Shown here: positions 1 to 12,303 of the stretch, piece after piece
How positions within the stretch are numbered: the stretch's first letter is position 1
How the letters are laid out: every line of letters starts with the position of its first letter
NCBI RefSeq assembly: GCF_964213995.1
Contig: NC_135824.1
Location: 52,824,001-52,888,000 of the forward strand
Direction: 5' to 3'
Source: Mustelus asterias
Taxonomy: Eukaryota
Length of the DNA stretch: 64,000 bases
The notes under the pieces: generated by a model
Databases searched by the model: none
What the model saw: only the letters and a program-made list of their open reading frames with translations
Told to the model about the DNA's origin: nothing
Translations under genes and position numbers: made by a program

Positions 1-284
1 TGCTTTTTCCAAATAACTGACTTCAGCATGAAGGAGCAGCGAGATTTTAACATCCCCCCACCCCCACTCTGCCGTGGCCAATCAGAATCCAGGTGGTTGA
101 CAGTGAGGAAAGGCTGCAGCTGCTCCACCGCCAACCACCCCCCCTCCCCCGCCCCCCCCACCCCCCCACCCCCCCAACCCAGCCCCAAACGGGCTATTCG
201 GCTTGAAGAGGATCAGTAAACCTGATGTCTGGGAGGCGGAGTCAGGAAATATTAGCGACGGGAGGTTGTTAATGATAGGGGTCT

Positions 285-1235
285 GTGTACTCATTATGCA
301 TACTCAATCAAGATGAGGGTGTGTGTGTGTGTGTTCAGTGTGTGTACTCAGTGTGGATATGCAGTGAAGGTGAGGATAGCGCAGTGGTTAGCACTGCTGC
401 CTCACAGCACCAGGGACCTGGGTTTGATTCCCGGCTTGGGTCACTGTCGGTGTGGTGTTTGCATGTTCTCCCCATGTCTGCGTAGGTTTCCTCCGGGTGC
501 TCCGGTTTCCTCCCACAGCCTGAAAAACGTGCTGGTTAGGTGCATTTACACGAACAGGCACCGGAGTGTGGCGACTAGGGGGATTTCACAGTAATTTCAT
601 TGCAGTGTAATGTAAGCCTCACTTGTGACTAATAAATAAACTTTAAGTGTGTGTACTCAGTCAAGGTGGGGATGTATGTGCTAATATTGTGTACTCGGTG
701 TGTATACACAGTGAAGGTGAGGGTTTATGCATTCTGTGTGTATACACAGTCAAGGTGAGGATGTATACTCTATGTATACACAGTGAAGGTGAGGGTGTAA
801 GTATTCTGTGTGCATACACAGTAAAGGTGAGGGTGTGCACTCTGTGTGTACACAGTGAAGGTGAGGGTGTGTACTCTATGCATACACAGTGAAGGTGAAG
901 GTGTAAGTATTCTGTGTGCATAGACAGTAAAAGTGAGGGTGTGTACTCTGTGTATACACGATGAAGGCGAGCGTGTGTGTACTCTGCATGCATACACAGT
1001 GAAGGTGAGGGTGTATACTCTGTGTATTCACAGTGAAGGTGAGGGTGTGTGTTCTGTGTATGTACAGTGAAGATGAGTGTGTGTATTCTGTGTGCATACA
1101 CAGTGAAGGTGAGGGTGTGTACTCTGTGTATGTACAGTGAAGGTGAATGCCTGTACTCTATGTATACACAGTGAAGGTGTGCATATTTCGTCAACGTGAT
1201 GGTGTGTACTCTTTGTATACAGAGAGAAGGTGAGT
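285..1235. repeat. ~34-bp minisatellite (GTGTACTCTGTGTATACACAGTGAAGGTGAGGGT), interrupted by a SINE at 378-645
   Basis: Unit visibly repeated more than 15 times; isolated copies also at ~3020-3085 and ~19935-19995. Confidence 0.9.
378..645 (+). mobile_element. HE1-type shark tRNA-derived SINE (tail type 1)
   Basis: A-box-like AGTGGTTAGCACTGCTGCCTCACAGC, B-box-like GGTTTGATTCCC, conserved core, tail GGCGACTAGGGG...AATAAATAAACTT. Confidence 0.85.
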
Positions 1236-1662
1236 GTGCTGGAGGTTACAGCAGCGCAAGTGAATATCTAAATATTTCTTAAATATTACCAGAGTTTCTG
1301 ATTCTACCATCCTTTCAAGTAGTGAGTTCCATACTTCCACCATCCTTTGGGTGAAAAAGTTTCTCTTCAGCATACGGATATTGATCTGCACTCAGAGCCC
1401 TGGAAACCTCAGAGAGAGAGAGAGAGAGAGAGAACGACCACATCTCCTCTTCTCTCCATCATAAAACCAGAGGAATAAAAGTGAAAACGGAAGGTGAGAA
1501 AAGACTCGATTTTGGCAGCAAGTACTCTGTCAGCAGTGTGTGTGTGAGAAAGAGAGAGAGAGAGAGAGAGCAGAGATTGTTAAATGTGTGAATGTGGAGA
1601 GGGTGGATGGGATTTAATATAATCGAAGCGAGTTCAATTCACTGTTTGAAGAATTGTTTAAT

Positions 1663-1772
1663 GCTGGGGACACCCAGTTGATCTGGGAGTCAGTGTCATC
1701 GCTTGGAGGTAAACCCGTGCACCATTCCTTCTGGATTACCACACTGCTGGTGCTGGAGTAAAACAGCAACTT
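1663..1772 (-). pseudogene. TCR beta V relic (FR2-CDR2-FR3 fragment)
   Basis: Minus strand reads KLLFYSSTSSVV/NPEGMVHGFTSKR*/TDSQINWVSPA with frameshifts; aligns at nucleotide level with the V exons at 4160-4270 and 13155-13260. Confidence 0.75.
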
Positions 1773-2039
1773 GGTTTGGACACATCCCCATCCCATGTAA
1801 CCAATCAGAATTAATAAGATTAATTGGCAATTTCTCTTTTTGTACTGGCTAATCATGAATGCAATAACTGCATGCCTGATGGGGCCCAAGTGCATAACCA
1901 ATTTGGTCGTATCGCTAACAAACAGAGAATGCTGGAAGGCTCAGCAGCTCTGGCAGCCCCTGTAGCAAGAGAAACAGTTAACATTTCAAATCCATTTGTT
2001 TCTTTAGCAGAACTGAGAGGGAAATCTGTTAGATATTAT

Positions 2040-2482
2040 GCCGATGCTATAGCTAAGAAAGCCTCCCAACTTTCTCAGGAGGCTAAGGAAATTTGGCACG
2101 TCTGCTACGACTCTCACCAACTTTTACAGATCCACCATAGAAAGCATTCTTTCTGGTTGTAGCACAACTTGGTATGGCTCCTGCTCTACCCAAGACCACA
2201 AGAAACTACAAAAGGTTGTGAATATAGCCCAATCCACCACGCAAACCAGCCTCCCATCCATTGACTCTGTCTACACTTCCTGCTGCCTCGGCAAAGCAGC
2301 CAACATAATCAAGGACCCAACGCACCCCGGACATTCTTTCTTCCACATTCTTCCGTTGGGAAAAAGGTACAAATGTCTGAGGTCACGTACCAACCAACTC
2401 AAGAACAGCTTTTTCCCTGCTGCGGTCAGACTTTTGAATGGGTTTACCTTGCATTAAGTTGATATTTCTCTACACCCCAGCT
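2040..2482 (+). mobile_element. Rex1/Babar-like LINE 3' fragment
   Basis: ORF2 C-terminal motif ...IIKDPTHPGHSFFHILPLGKRY...KNSFFPAAVRLLN. Confidence 0.75.
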
Positions 2483-2494
2483 GCCAAATTTCCT

Positions 2495-2718
2495 TAGTCT
2501 AAATGAAATGCTGCTTCACCTGAATGGAAGGTGTTTGGAGCCTTGAACGGTGCGGAGAGAGGAGAAGAAGGATCAGGTGTTGCACCTTTGCAATTGCATG
2601 GGAAGGTGCTGTTGAAGGGGGATGAGAAGTTGGGGGTTATGGAGGAGTGGACTAGAATGTTATTGGGGGAGCGGTACCTGCTAAATGCTGATTGGGGAGG
2701 TGTTGAGGGGAAGATCTT
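2495..2718 (-). mobile_element. Penelope-like element fragment (linker upstream of GIY-YIG)
   Basis: Degenerate ILVHSS...STFPCNC motif typical of vertebrate PLE ORFs. Confidence 0.5.
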
Positions 2719-2719
2719 A

Positions 2720-3012
2720 TTATTCATTAGTGTCATAAATCGGCTTATATTAAGACTGTAATGAAGTTACTGTGAAAATCCCCTAGTTGCCACACTCCGG
2801 CGCCTCTTCGGGTACACTGAGGGAGAATTTAGCATGGCCAATGCACCTAACCCGCACGTCTTTCGCACTGTGGGAGGAAACCGGAGCACCCAGAGGGAGA
2901 CACGGGGAGAATGTGCAGACTCCACACAGACTGAGACCCAAGCCAGGAATTGAACCCGGGTCGCTGCAGCTGTGAGGTAGGAGTGCTGACCATTGTGCCA
3001 CCGTGCCTCCCC
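2720..3012 (-). mobile_element. HE1-type SINE
   Basis: Reverse complement of the same head, core and tail seen at 378-645. Confidence 0.85.
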
Positions 3013-4077
3013 GGGAAAAGTGAGGATGTGTACTCTGGGTATACACAGTGAAGGGGAGGGTGTGTGTACTCTGTGTGTATATGAAAAAGATGTGTTTCAT
3101 GGTGGAGTCGGTGGAAATGGAGGATGATCATTTGAATGCAGATTCGAACGGTTAACTCTGTTGTCTCTCCTTACAGACGCTGCCAGACCTGCTGAGTTTT
3201 TCCAGCATCCTCTGTTTGTTTCAGGTTCCAGCATCTGCAGTATTTTGCTTATATTGGTCATATCCCTGTTGGCATCTCCTGTCGCTAGGTAATAGCTGAA
3301 TAGCTCATAGAGTCATAGGGCCATCGAGGTTTACAGCATGGAAACAGGCCCTGCGGCCCAACTTGCCTATGCTGCAGATGCTGAATGGTCTCCTGCTGTT
3401 TCTGTGTAACCAACGGGAAGGGTTGAATATTCCCATCCTGTTCCTGTATAACTGGCTCGGACCGTCCTCAAGAGGCTCCACCAGCTCCAATGTAACAGAC
3501 TCTAGCGAGCTCAGTGATCTCCTTCTGTTCCTATGTAACTGATTCAAGAGGCTGAATGATCCCCTTGTCCCTGTTAATATCATTTAAATCGTTTTTATTT
3601 ATATATCTCCTGAATTTGCTGTTGCAGTTATTACTCACCATCTTTATTGACGGCGTCTAGTTTTGGACACTCCCACAGTGGGACTCCCCGGTTACTCTAT
3701 GGACTGCTTCACATCATTGAAAGGCCTGAATTACATTAACCCACAAACGTGCTGGTTCGGTGCATTGACCCGAACAGGCGCCGGACTGTGGCGACTAGGG
3801 GAATTTCAAAGTAACTTCATTGCAGTGTTAATGTAAGCCTTACTTGTGACTAATAATTAAAACTTTAAACTTTTATTTTCTAGAGAAACATCCCCAGCCA
3901 GTTCAGACATTCTGATAGTTAATCTCTCAGTTTTACAGATTTTTAGAGCCTCCATATCTCCATATCCAATCCATCACCCTCAATCTGTCTAACAAATTCC
4001 ATCTGCAAAAACGAACAGTGAGATGCCAAGGAGAATATCGGTTTTTCTCATTCACAGGTGTTTGCTGCTGCCTTTGG

Positions 4078-4116
4078 GGTTTTTGTTGAACTGTTCCATC
4101 TCTCTGAGTCACTGTG
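4078..4116 (-). promoter_or_regulatory. V(D)J recombination signal sequence, 23-RSS
   Basis: Perfect heptamer CACAGTG (4116-4110), 23-bp spacer (4109-4087), perfect nonamer ACAAAAACC (4086-4078). Confidence 0.97.
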
Positions 4117-4412
4117 AAAACTCCAGGCGCAATAATACACGGCCGAGTGATTCACCCGCAGGCTGGATGACTCCAGGTTGAACTCGGAGCCAGTCGGTCT
4201 CTTGGCGCTGAAACTGTCCACCGTTCCCTTCGGATCCACAATTTGTATAGTTGTGGAGTAAAACATCAGCTTCAGCTCCTTTCCCGGGTATTGTCTGTAC
4301 CAGAGCATGGAAGGGATAATTGTTCCCCCCAAAGTGCATTTTAGTTCCACTCTGTCCCCTGGAGATTTGGAAACGGCGGCGGGAGTCTGGCGGATAGTCT
4401 GAGACTTCACAT
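4117..4412 (-). CDS. TRBV: T-cell receptor beta variable segment, V exon (TRBV30-like), apparently functional
   Basis: VKSQTIRQTP...VELKCTL...WYRQYPGK...YYCAWSF; conserved Cys, Trp and Cys; AG acceptor at 4414-4413 after a pyrimidine tract; followed directly by the 23-RSS. Confidence 0.93.
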
Positions 4413-4608
4413 CTGCGGAAGAGACAGAGAGAGCAGATCGGGAAATTAGTATAATCTGGGTGGTGGGAAGGAATGAAAGAGAGAGAAAAGGGAGGGAAAT
4501 AAAGTGAAACAGAAAGAAGATCAGAAGGAATGAAAGCAAGAGGGAGGTCAGCAGGTGGAAAGGAAAGTTAGATGTTGAATAAGAATTGTTGTTGGGAAAG
4601 TTCCTCAC

Positions 4609-4645
4609 GGTGAAACATGATGAACAGAGCCGGCAACAGATACAT
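4609..4645 (-). CDS. TRBV: TRBV leader exon (MYLLPALFIMFH)
   Basis: ATG at 4645, 37-nt hydrophobic exon, GTGAGG donor, phase 1 matching the V exon; paralogous exon at 13891-13927. Confidence 0.88.
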
Positions 4646-4659
4646 CTTCCCCTTCAGCT

Positions 4660-4815
4660 TCCCTTTTAAACAATCTTTCTCACTGAGAAGAAAACACTCA
4701 GATTGCAATGCTCCTCCTCCTCACTGTTTGATTGACAGCCCAGCCCCTCCCACAGACTGACAGCCCCGCCCTCTTCCTGTATCAGCCCCGCCCCTCAGTC
4801 CCTGATTGGTTTGGG
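4660..4815 (-). promoter_or_regulatory. Putative TRBV promoter
   Basis: Directly upstream of the leader ATG; repeated GC boxes (CCCCGCCC), CCAAT box (plus strand GATTGG ~4805), TGATTGACAG at 4729-4738, TTTAAA near 4665. Confidence 0.5.
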
Positions 4816-4874
4816 TGGAGCTCACAGCAGGGGGAAGTTGCGAAGACACATTGAAGTGTCAGTGGAGATAAAGA

Positions 4875-5062
4875 TTTAAAGTTTAAGTTTATTTATTAGT
4901 GTCACAAGTAGGTTTACATTAACACTATCATGAAGTTACTGTGAAAATCCCCTCGTCACCACACTCCGGTGCCTGTTCAGGTACACTGAGGGAGAATTAA
5001 GCGTGGCCAATGCATCTAACCAGCACATCTTTTGGACTTATGGAAGGAAACTGGAGCACCCG
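4875..5062 (-). mobile_element. HE1-type SINE, 5'-truncated
   Basis: Tail type 1 plus partial core. Confidence 0.75.
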
Positions 5063-5104
5063 GCAGAGTGAACAACGCGTGGGGGTTACAGCTTAGATTC
5101 ATCC

Positions 5105-6660
5105 AATCACAGAATTTTTACAGTGCAGAAAGAAACTATCCGTCCATCCAGTCTGCACTGGCTCTCTGGAAGAGCATTCTACCCAATCCCACACCCTTGC
5201 CTTACCACTGGAACCTTGCACATTCTTTTTTTTCATATAGCAACGCAATTCCATTTCGGATCTGTCGATCAAACCTGCTTCCACCACCCTCTCAGGAAGT
5301 TGGTTCCAGACTCCAATCACCCTCTGAGTGTAAAATAAAATCTTCTTCACATCACTCCTTTTGTCAATTATTTTGGATCTGTGTCGTCTAGTTCTTGACG
5401 TACTCTTGATTGGGAATGGTTTCTCCCTGTTGTTAGTATGACAGTTCAAACCCCAGGGTATATTATGACGCCAGACTAGACCCCAACATGTTTTCTTTCG
5501 CATAAGTGTGGGGAAAAGATTCTTTCACTCCAGGAGTAATTCCACTGACAAATGAGGGATCTTGTAACAAAACAAGCTTTATTCATAACACAGTTTAAGC
5601 ATACCTCTGACAAAATGAAACAGCTTAATTGAACCAATGAACAATGTTTAAACATGAAAAGAAACTACTCAACCTCTAACTTATCACTATTGAGTTCCAA
5701 TTAAGCAATATGGCTCTAACATACTTAAAGCCCACTTCAAAAACAACGAGCAACTGCAGGCTTTAACCTTTGTGAACAGTTTTGAAGCTTCCAGAGAGAT
5801 TCTGTAGTGTGAGAGAGCTGCTTGTAAACTCCTATCCATGAACAGCCCTCTCCAGCCAATGAATTCAGAAAGTTGTTTTCTCAGCTACAAACCTCGCTCC
5901 TCCCATTTCTAGTATCACATGACTATATGACCCTACATACCTAACTCACCGTTCCATTACTTTAATCAGAGAAACACCCCAAGCATGTTTAGTTAACAAA
6001 AGCGTATTAAGCCTTCTGCTAAATTAACACTTAAATGGCTAAAATGAATAATTGTCCTGCCTTCCAGCATCTGCAGCATTCCTTCCAGCAAACCAACTAT
6101 TTGTAACAAAACACCGAATCTGAAAGCAGTGCCCCCTCAAACATAAAATATATTAATAGCACAGTATCATCACACTATTTACCCTGTCCATTCCCCTCAG
6201 GATCTTGAATACCTCTATTAACTCTCCGTTTAGTCTTCTTTTCTCCAAGAAAACAATCCCAACCTCTCCAATCTATCCTCATAGCTACAGCTCTTTCTCC
6301 CTGGAATCATTCTTGTAAACCTCCTCTGTATACTCTCCAATGCCATAACACCGTTGCTCCCAGACATGAGCACAGTATTCCAGATGAGACCTAACCTGAG
6401 GCCTAACTCATGTTCTATTCAAATTCAAACTGACCTCTGGCACTGAATGATCCTATCAATCCAATCTAAGATACCATATGCTTTATTAATTGCTCTCTCA
6501 ACATGCTCTTACTTTTTCTTCATTATTGATTCTTGGGATGTGGACATTACTGAATAAGCTTGCATTTATTGTCCATCGAAGATTGCGAAGGCAATCTTCA
6601 ATCTTACTTACATTTGCACTGAGGCCCCTTTGATTCTGCATCTCCTTTAGAGTTTCTCCC
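5105..6660 (-). mobile_element. Old CR1 LINE 3' fragment split by a solo LTR
   Basis: FYTQRVIGVWNQLPERVVEAG motif; CR1 sequence resumes after 6175. Confidence 0.7.
5431..6174. mobile_element. Solo LTR (~744 bp)
   Basis: TG...CA termini, 4-bp target duplication CTGT/CTAT (1 mismatch), cleanly interrupts a CR1. Confidence 0.7.
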
Positions 6661-6667
6661 TTTATAT

Positions 6668-9600
6668 TGAACATTGAACATAGAACATAGAACAGTACAG
6701 CACAGAACAGGCCCTTCGCCCCACAATGTTGTGCTGAGCTTTATCTGAAACAAAGATCAGCTATCCCACTCCCTATCACCCTGGTGTGCTCCATGTGCTT
6801 ATCCAATAACTGCTTAAATGTTCCTAAAGTGCCTGACTCCACTATCACTGCAGGCAGTCCATTCCACACCCCAACCACTCTCTGCGTAAAGAACCTACCT
6901 CTGATATCCTTCCTATATCTCCCACCATGAACCCTATAGTTATGTCCCCTTGTAATAGCTCCATCCGTCCGAGGAAATAGTCTTTGAACGTTCACTCTAT
7001 CTATCCCCTTCATCATTTTATAAACCTCTATTAAGTCTCCCCTCAGCCACCTCCACTCCAGAGAGAACAGCCCTAGCTCCCTCAACCTTTCCTCATAAGA
7101 CCTACCCTCCAAACCTGGCAGCATCCTGGTAAATCTCCTCTGCACTCTTTCCAGCGCTTCCACATCCTTCTTATAGTGAGGTGACCAGAACTACACACAA
7201 TATTCCAAATGTGGTCTCACCAAGGTCCTGTACAGTTGCAGCATAACCCCACGGCTCTTAAACTCCAACCCCCTGTTAATAAAAGCTAACACACCATAGG
7301 CCTTCTTCACAGCTCTATCCACTTGAGTGGCAACCTTTAGAGATCTGTGGATATGGACCCCAAGATCTCTCTGTTCCTCCACAGTCTTCAGAACCCTACC
7401 TTTGACCCTATAATCCACATTTAAATTAGTCCTACCAAAATGAATCACCTCACATTTATCAGGGTTAATCTCCATTTGCCATTTTTCAGCCCAGCTTTGC
7501 ATCCTATCTATGTCTCTTTGCAGCCTACAACAGCCCTCCACCTCATCCACTACTCCACCAATCTTGGTGTCATCAGCAAATTTACTGATCCACCCTTCAG
7601 CCCCCTCCTCTAAGTCATTAATAAAAATCACAAAGAGCAGAGGACCAAGCACTGATCCCTGTGGCACTCCGCTTGCAACCTGCCTCCAATCCGAAAATTT
7701 TCTGTTCACCACAACACTCTGTCTTCGATCAGACAGCCAGTTACCTATCCAATCGGCCAACTTTCCCTCTATCCCACACGTCCTCACTTTCATCATAAGC
7801 CGACCATGGGGGACCTTATCAAACGCCTTACTAAAATACATGTATATGACATCAACTGCCCTACCTTCATCAACACACTTAGTTACCTCCTCAAAAAATT
7901 CAATCAAATTTGTGAGGCACGACTTGCCCTTCACGAATCCGTGCTGACTATCACGGATTAATCTGCATATTTCTAAATGGTCATAAATCCCATCCCTAAG
8001 GACCTTTTCCATCAATTTACCAATCACCGAAGTAAGACTAACCGGTCTATAATTACCAGGGTCATTTCTATTCCCTTTCTTAAACAGAGGAACAACATTC
8101 GCCATTCTCCAGTCCTCTGGCACCATCCCCGTGGACAGCGAGGACCCAAAGATCAAAGCCAAAGGCTCTGCAATCTCATCCCTTGCCTCCCAAAGATTCC
8201 TAGGATATATTTCATCAGGCCCCGGGGACTTATCGACTTTCAGTTTATTCAAAACTGCCAGGACATCCTCCCTCCGAACATCTATTTCCTCTGGCCTATT
8301 AGTCTGTAACACCTTCTCTTCCTCAAAAACATGGCCCCTCTCCTTGGTGAACACTGAAGAAAAGCATTCATTCATCACCTCGCCTATCTCTACTGACTCC
8401 ATACACAAGTTCCCACTACTGTCCTTGACCGGCCCTAACCTCACCCTGGTCATTCTTTTATTCCTCACATAAGAGTAAAAAGCCTTGGGGTTTTCCTTGA
8501 TCCGACCCGCCAAGGACTTCTCATGTCCCCTCCTAGCTCTCCTAAGCCCCTTTTTCAGCTCGTTCCTTGCTAACTTGTAACCCTCAATCGAGCCATCTGA
8601 ACCTTGTTTCCTCGTCCCTACATAAGCTTCCCTCTTCCTTTTCACAAGACATTCCACCTCTTTCGTGAACCATGGTTCCCTCACTCGGCCATTTCCTCCC
8701 TGCCTGACAGGGACATACCTATCAAGGCCACCCAGTATTTGCTCCTTGAAAAAGTTCCACTCTTCATTAGTTCCTTTCCCTGACAGTTTCTGTTCCCAAC
8801 TTATGCCCCCTAATTCTTGCCTAATCGCATCATAATTACCTCTCCCCCAATTGTAAACCTTGCCCTGCCGTACGGCCCTATCCCTCTCCATTGCAATAAC
8901 AAAATACACCGAATTGTGGTCACTATCCCCAAAGTGCTCTCCCACAACCAAATCTAACACTTGGCCCGGTTCATTTCCCAGTACCAAATCCAATGTGGCC
9001 TCAGCTCTTGTCGGCCTATCCACATATTGTGTCAGGAAACCCTCCTGCACACACTGCACAAAAACCGCCCCATCCGAACTATTTGACCTACAAATGTTCC
9101 AATCAATATTTGGAAAGTTAAAGTCCCCCATGACAACTACCCTGTGACCCCCAAGTATATCTATAATCTGCTTAGCAATTTCTTCCTCCACATCTCTATT
9201 ACTATTTGGGGGCCTATAGTAAACTCCTAACAACGTGACCGCTCCTTTCCTATTTCTAACCTCAGCCCATATTATCTCAGTGTGCAGATCCCCCTCGAAG
9301 TGCCTTTCCGCAGCCGTTAAACTATCCTTGATTAACAATGCTACTCCTCCACCTCTTTTACCAGCTTCCCTACACTTACTGAAACATCTATACCCCGGAA
9401 CGTCCAACAACCATTCCTGTCCTTGTTCTACCCACGTCTCCGTAATGGCCACAACATCGTAGTCCCAAGTACCAATCCATGCCCCAAGTTCATCTACCTT
9501 GTTCCGGATGCTCCTTGCATTGAAGTAGACACACTTCAACCCACCTTCCTGTCTACCGGTACCCACCCTTGACCCTGATACCTTCCCCAATACCTCACCA

Positions 9601-10418
9601 CCCTCAACACTGACTTCTGAACTACAACTCCTTTTCCCACTCCCCTGACAAATTAGTTTAAACCCCCCTGAAGAGCCGTAGCAAATTTCCCCCCCCCCCA
9701 GGATATTGGTGCCCCTCTGGTTCAAGTGCACCCCGTCCTGTTTGTACAGGTCCCACCTTCCCCAGATTGTGTTCCAATTATCCACGTATCTGAAACCCTC
9801 CCTCCTACACCATCCCTGCAACCACATGTTTAACTGCACTCTCTCCCTGTTCCTCAACGCGCTATCACGTGGCACCGGCAACGTACCAGAGATGACCACA
9901 TGTTTTGTCTTGGCTCTCAGCTTCCAGCCCAGCTCCCGAAATTCCTGTTTTAAATCCCCGTCCCTTCTCTTACCTATGTCGTTGGTACCAATGTGTACCA
10001 CGACTTGTGACTGTTTCCCCTCCCCCTTAAGAATCCGAAAACACGGTCTGAGACGTCATGGACCTTGGCATCCGGTAGGCAACATACCATCCGTGAGTCT
10101 CTTTTGCTGCCACAGAACCTCCTATCTATCCCTCTAACTAACCAGTCCCCAATAACGATTGCCCTCCCGCTCTGCCCCTTACCCTCCCGAGCCACAGAGA
10201 CGGACACAGTGCTGGAGATCCTCTCACTGCGGCTCACCACTGGTATGTCGTCCCCCTCAACCGTATCCAAAGTGGAATACTTGTTGCTAAGGGGAACGAC
10301 CACAGGGGATCCCTGCACGGACTGCTTCCTCCCAGCCCCTCTCACCGTCACCCATCTGTTTTCATTCCTCGGCGTAACTGTATCCCTAAAGCTTCTGCCT
10401 ATGGCCACCTCTGCGTCA
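6668..10418 (-). mobile_element. Near full-length CR1 LINE (SGNH esterase ORF1, APE endonuclease + RT ORF2), inactivated
   Basis: VHIGTNDIG esterase, YFNARSI/ITETW/MGDFN/SDHN endonuclease, [10 protein letters not shown] and FADD RT motifs; TAG stop at 7191-7193; (TTCTATG)n 3' tail at ~6670-6692. Confidence 0.95.
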
Positions 10419-10526
10419 CCTAAATATTGTCTCCAGATTCTTCATTCAAAAATAAATCAACTCATACTACGCTTCATTGACCTTCATCTGCCACTTGTCT
10501 GCCCAATTCAACAACATGTTGAATTT

Positions 10527-10845
10527 GGGCAGCACGGTGGCACAGTGGTTAGCACTGCTGCCTCACAGCGCCAGGCACCTGGATTCAATTCTGGCCTTGA
10601 ATGACTATCTGTGTGGAGTTTGCACATTCTCCCCATGTCTGCATGGATTTCCTCCGGGTTCTCCAGTTTCCTCCCACAGTCCAAAGATGTGTGGGTTAGG
10701 TTGATTGGCCGTGCTCAGTTGCCCCTTAGTGTCAGGGAGATTAGCATGGTAAATACGTGGGGAATGGAGTGTGGGTGGGATTGTTGTCGGTGCAGGCTTA
10801 ATGGGCCGAATGGCCTCCTTTTGCCCAGTAGGGATTCGATGCATT
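10527..10845 (+). mobile_element. HE1-type SINE (CR1-like tail, type 2)
   Basis: GGGCAGCACGGTGGCACAGTGGTTAGC head; ATGGGCCGAATGGCCTCC tail shared with CR1 3' ends. Confidence 0.85.
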
Positions 10846-11379
10846 CAATTCAATGCATGTCTTTGTCCTTTTGAAGTTCAAGACTATCCTCCTCACAGTT
10901 AACAACATTTCCAATCTTCATAGCATCTGCAAATTTTGGAATCATGCCCAAAACATCATCTAGGTCATTAATGTATAGGAGAAAGAGAAGGGGTTCCAAC
11001 TCTGGGGGTTGGAGAACTCCATTACAAACGATTCTGCAATGTGAAACACAACCAATCATTGGTCCTTGTTTCCTGACACTCAGCCAATTCCTATCGAAGT
11101 GCTTGCTTTCCCTTGGAATTAACAAATTTAAGAACTGGAGGTGATGTTGTTAAAAGTTACGATTCTGAGGTTGGCTTCACAGAGTAAATGCATAAAGGAT
11201 GTTCTCCTTGGTGAGGGCTGATGAACTCGGGGTGCAGTTTCACAACAAAAGGTTGGTCGTTTGAGAAGGAGATGAAGCGGAATTAATTCTCTGAGGGTCA
11301 TGATGCTTTGGACTTTTCTACCCCAGATCAATGGAGACTGGATCATGAAGCATATTTAAGACCGATTTAGATTTCCAGA

Positions 11380-11790
11380 CAAAAGAACAAAGAAAATTAC
11401 AACACAGGGCGAGGCTCTTCGGCCCTCCAAGCCTGCACCGACCACGCTGCCCGACTGAACTAAAACCCCCTACCCTTCCGGGGACCATATTCCTCTATTC
11501 CCATCCTATTCATGTATTTGTCAAGACGCCCCTTAAAAGTCACTACCGTATCCGCTTCCACTACCTCCCCCGGCAACGAGTTCCAGGCACCCAATACTCT
11601 CTGGCTAAAAAATCTGCCTCGTGCATCTAATTTAAACCTTGCCCCTCGCAGCTTAAACCTGTGCCACCTAGTGATTGACTCTTCCATCCTGGGAAAAAGC
11701 TTTTAACTATCCACTCTGTCCATGCCTCTCATAATCTTGTAGACTTCTATCAGGTCACCCCTCAACCGCCGTCGTTCCAGCGAGAACAAA
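11380..11790 (-). mobile_element. CR1 LINE 3' fragment
   Basis: HRFKLRGARFKLDARGRFFSQRVLGAWNSLP motif and microsatellite tail. Confidence 0.8.
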
Positions 11791-11979
11791 ACCATTAGGG
11801 AATTAATGGTTATGGGTTAGGGATTGGTGGCAGTAAGATTGAGGCAAGGCTACTATGCGATCAGCGATGATCTGACTGAATGGCGGAGCAGGTTCAAGGG
11901 GCCGAGGGCAGGAGTGGAGAGAGGGACCGAGAGAGGTGCGGGGGAAGGAAAATGGAAAAAGCAGAGCAATGGTGGGAAA

Positions 11980-12303
11980 TCATAGAATCCTACAGTGCAG
12001 AAAGAGGCCATTCGGCCCATCGAGTCTGCACCAACCATAATCCCACCCAGACCCTATCCCCACAACCCCATGAATTTATCCCAGCTAGCCCCCTTGACAT
12101 TAAGGGGCAATTTAGTAGAGCCAATCCACCTAACCCACACATATTTGGACTGTGGGAGGAAACCAAAGCATCCGGAGGAAACGCATGCAGACACGGGGAG
12201 AACGTGCAAACTCCAGACAGACAGTAACCCAAGCCGGGAATCAAACCCGGCTCCCTGGCACTGTGAGGCAGCAATGCTAACCACTGTGCCACCGTGCTGC
12301 CCG
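11980..12303 (-). mobile_element. HE1-type SINE (tail type 2)
   Basis: Full head, core and tail. Confidence 0.85.

Noticed and set aside
661-1194. His/Thr-rich repetitive ORFs (also 49088-49657 and 56154-56870)
   Set aside because: Translation artefacts of minisatellite and low-complexity DNA
4048-4608. 186-aa ORF with a long hydrophobic N-terminus plus Ig V domain
   Set aside because: The N-terminal part is read-through of the pyrimidine-rich leader intron; the true start is the leader exon at 4645
7191-10001. 936-aa apparent esterase-endonuclease-RT fusion protein
   Set aside because: CR1 ORF1 and ORF2 are joined by a frameshift in the poly-C run at ~9689-9699; the element also has a stop at 7191
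10527-10600. tRNA genes or RSSs in SINE heads (CACAGTG in the A-box region)
   Set aside because: These are SINE heads attached to SINE bodies, and no nonamer occurs at 12 or 23 bp
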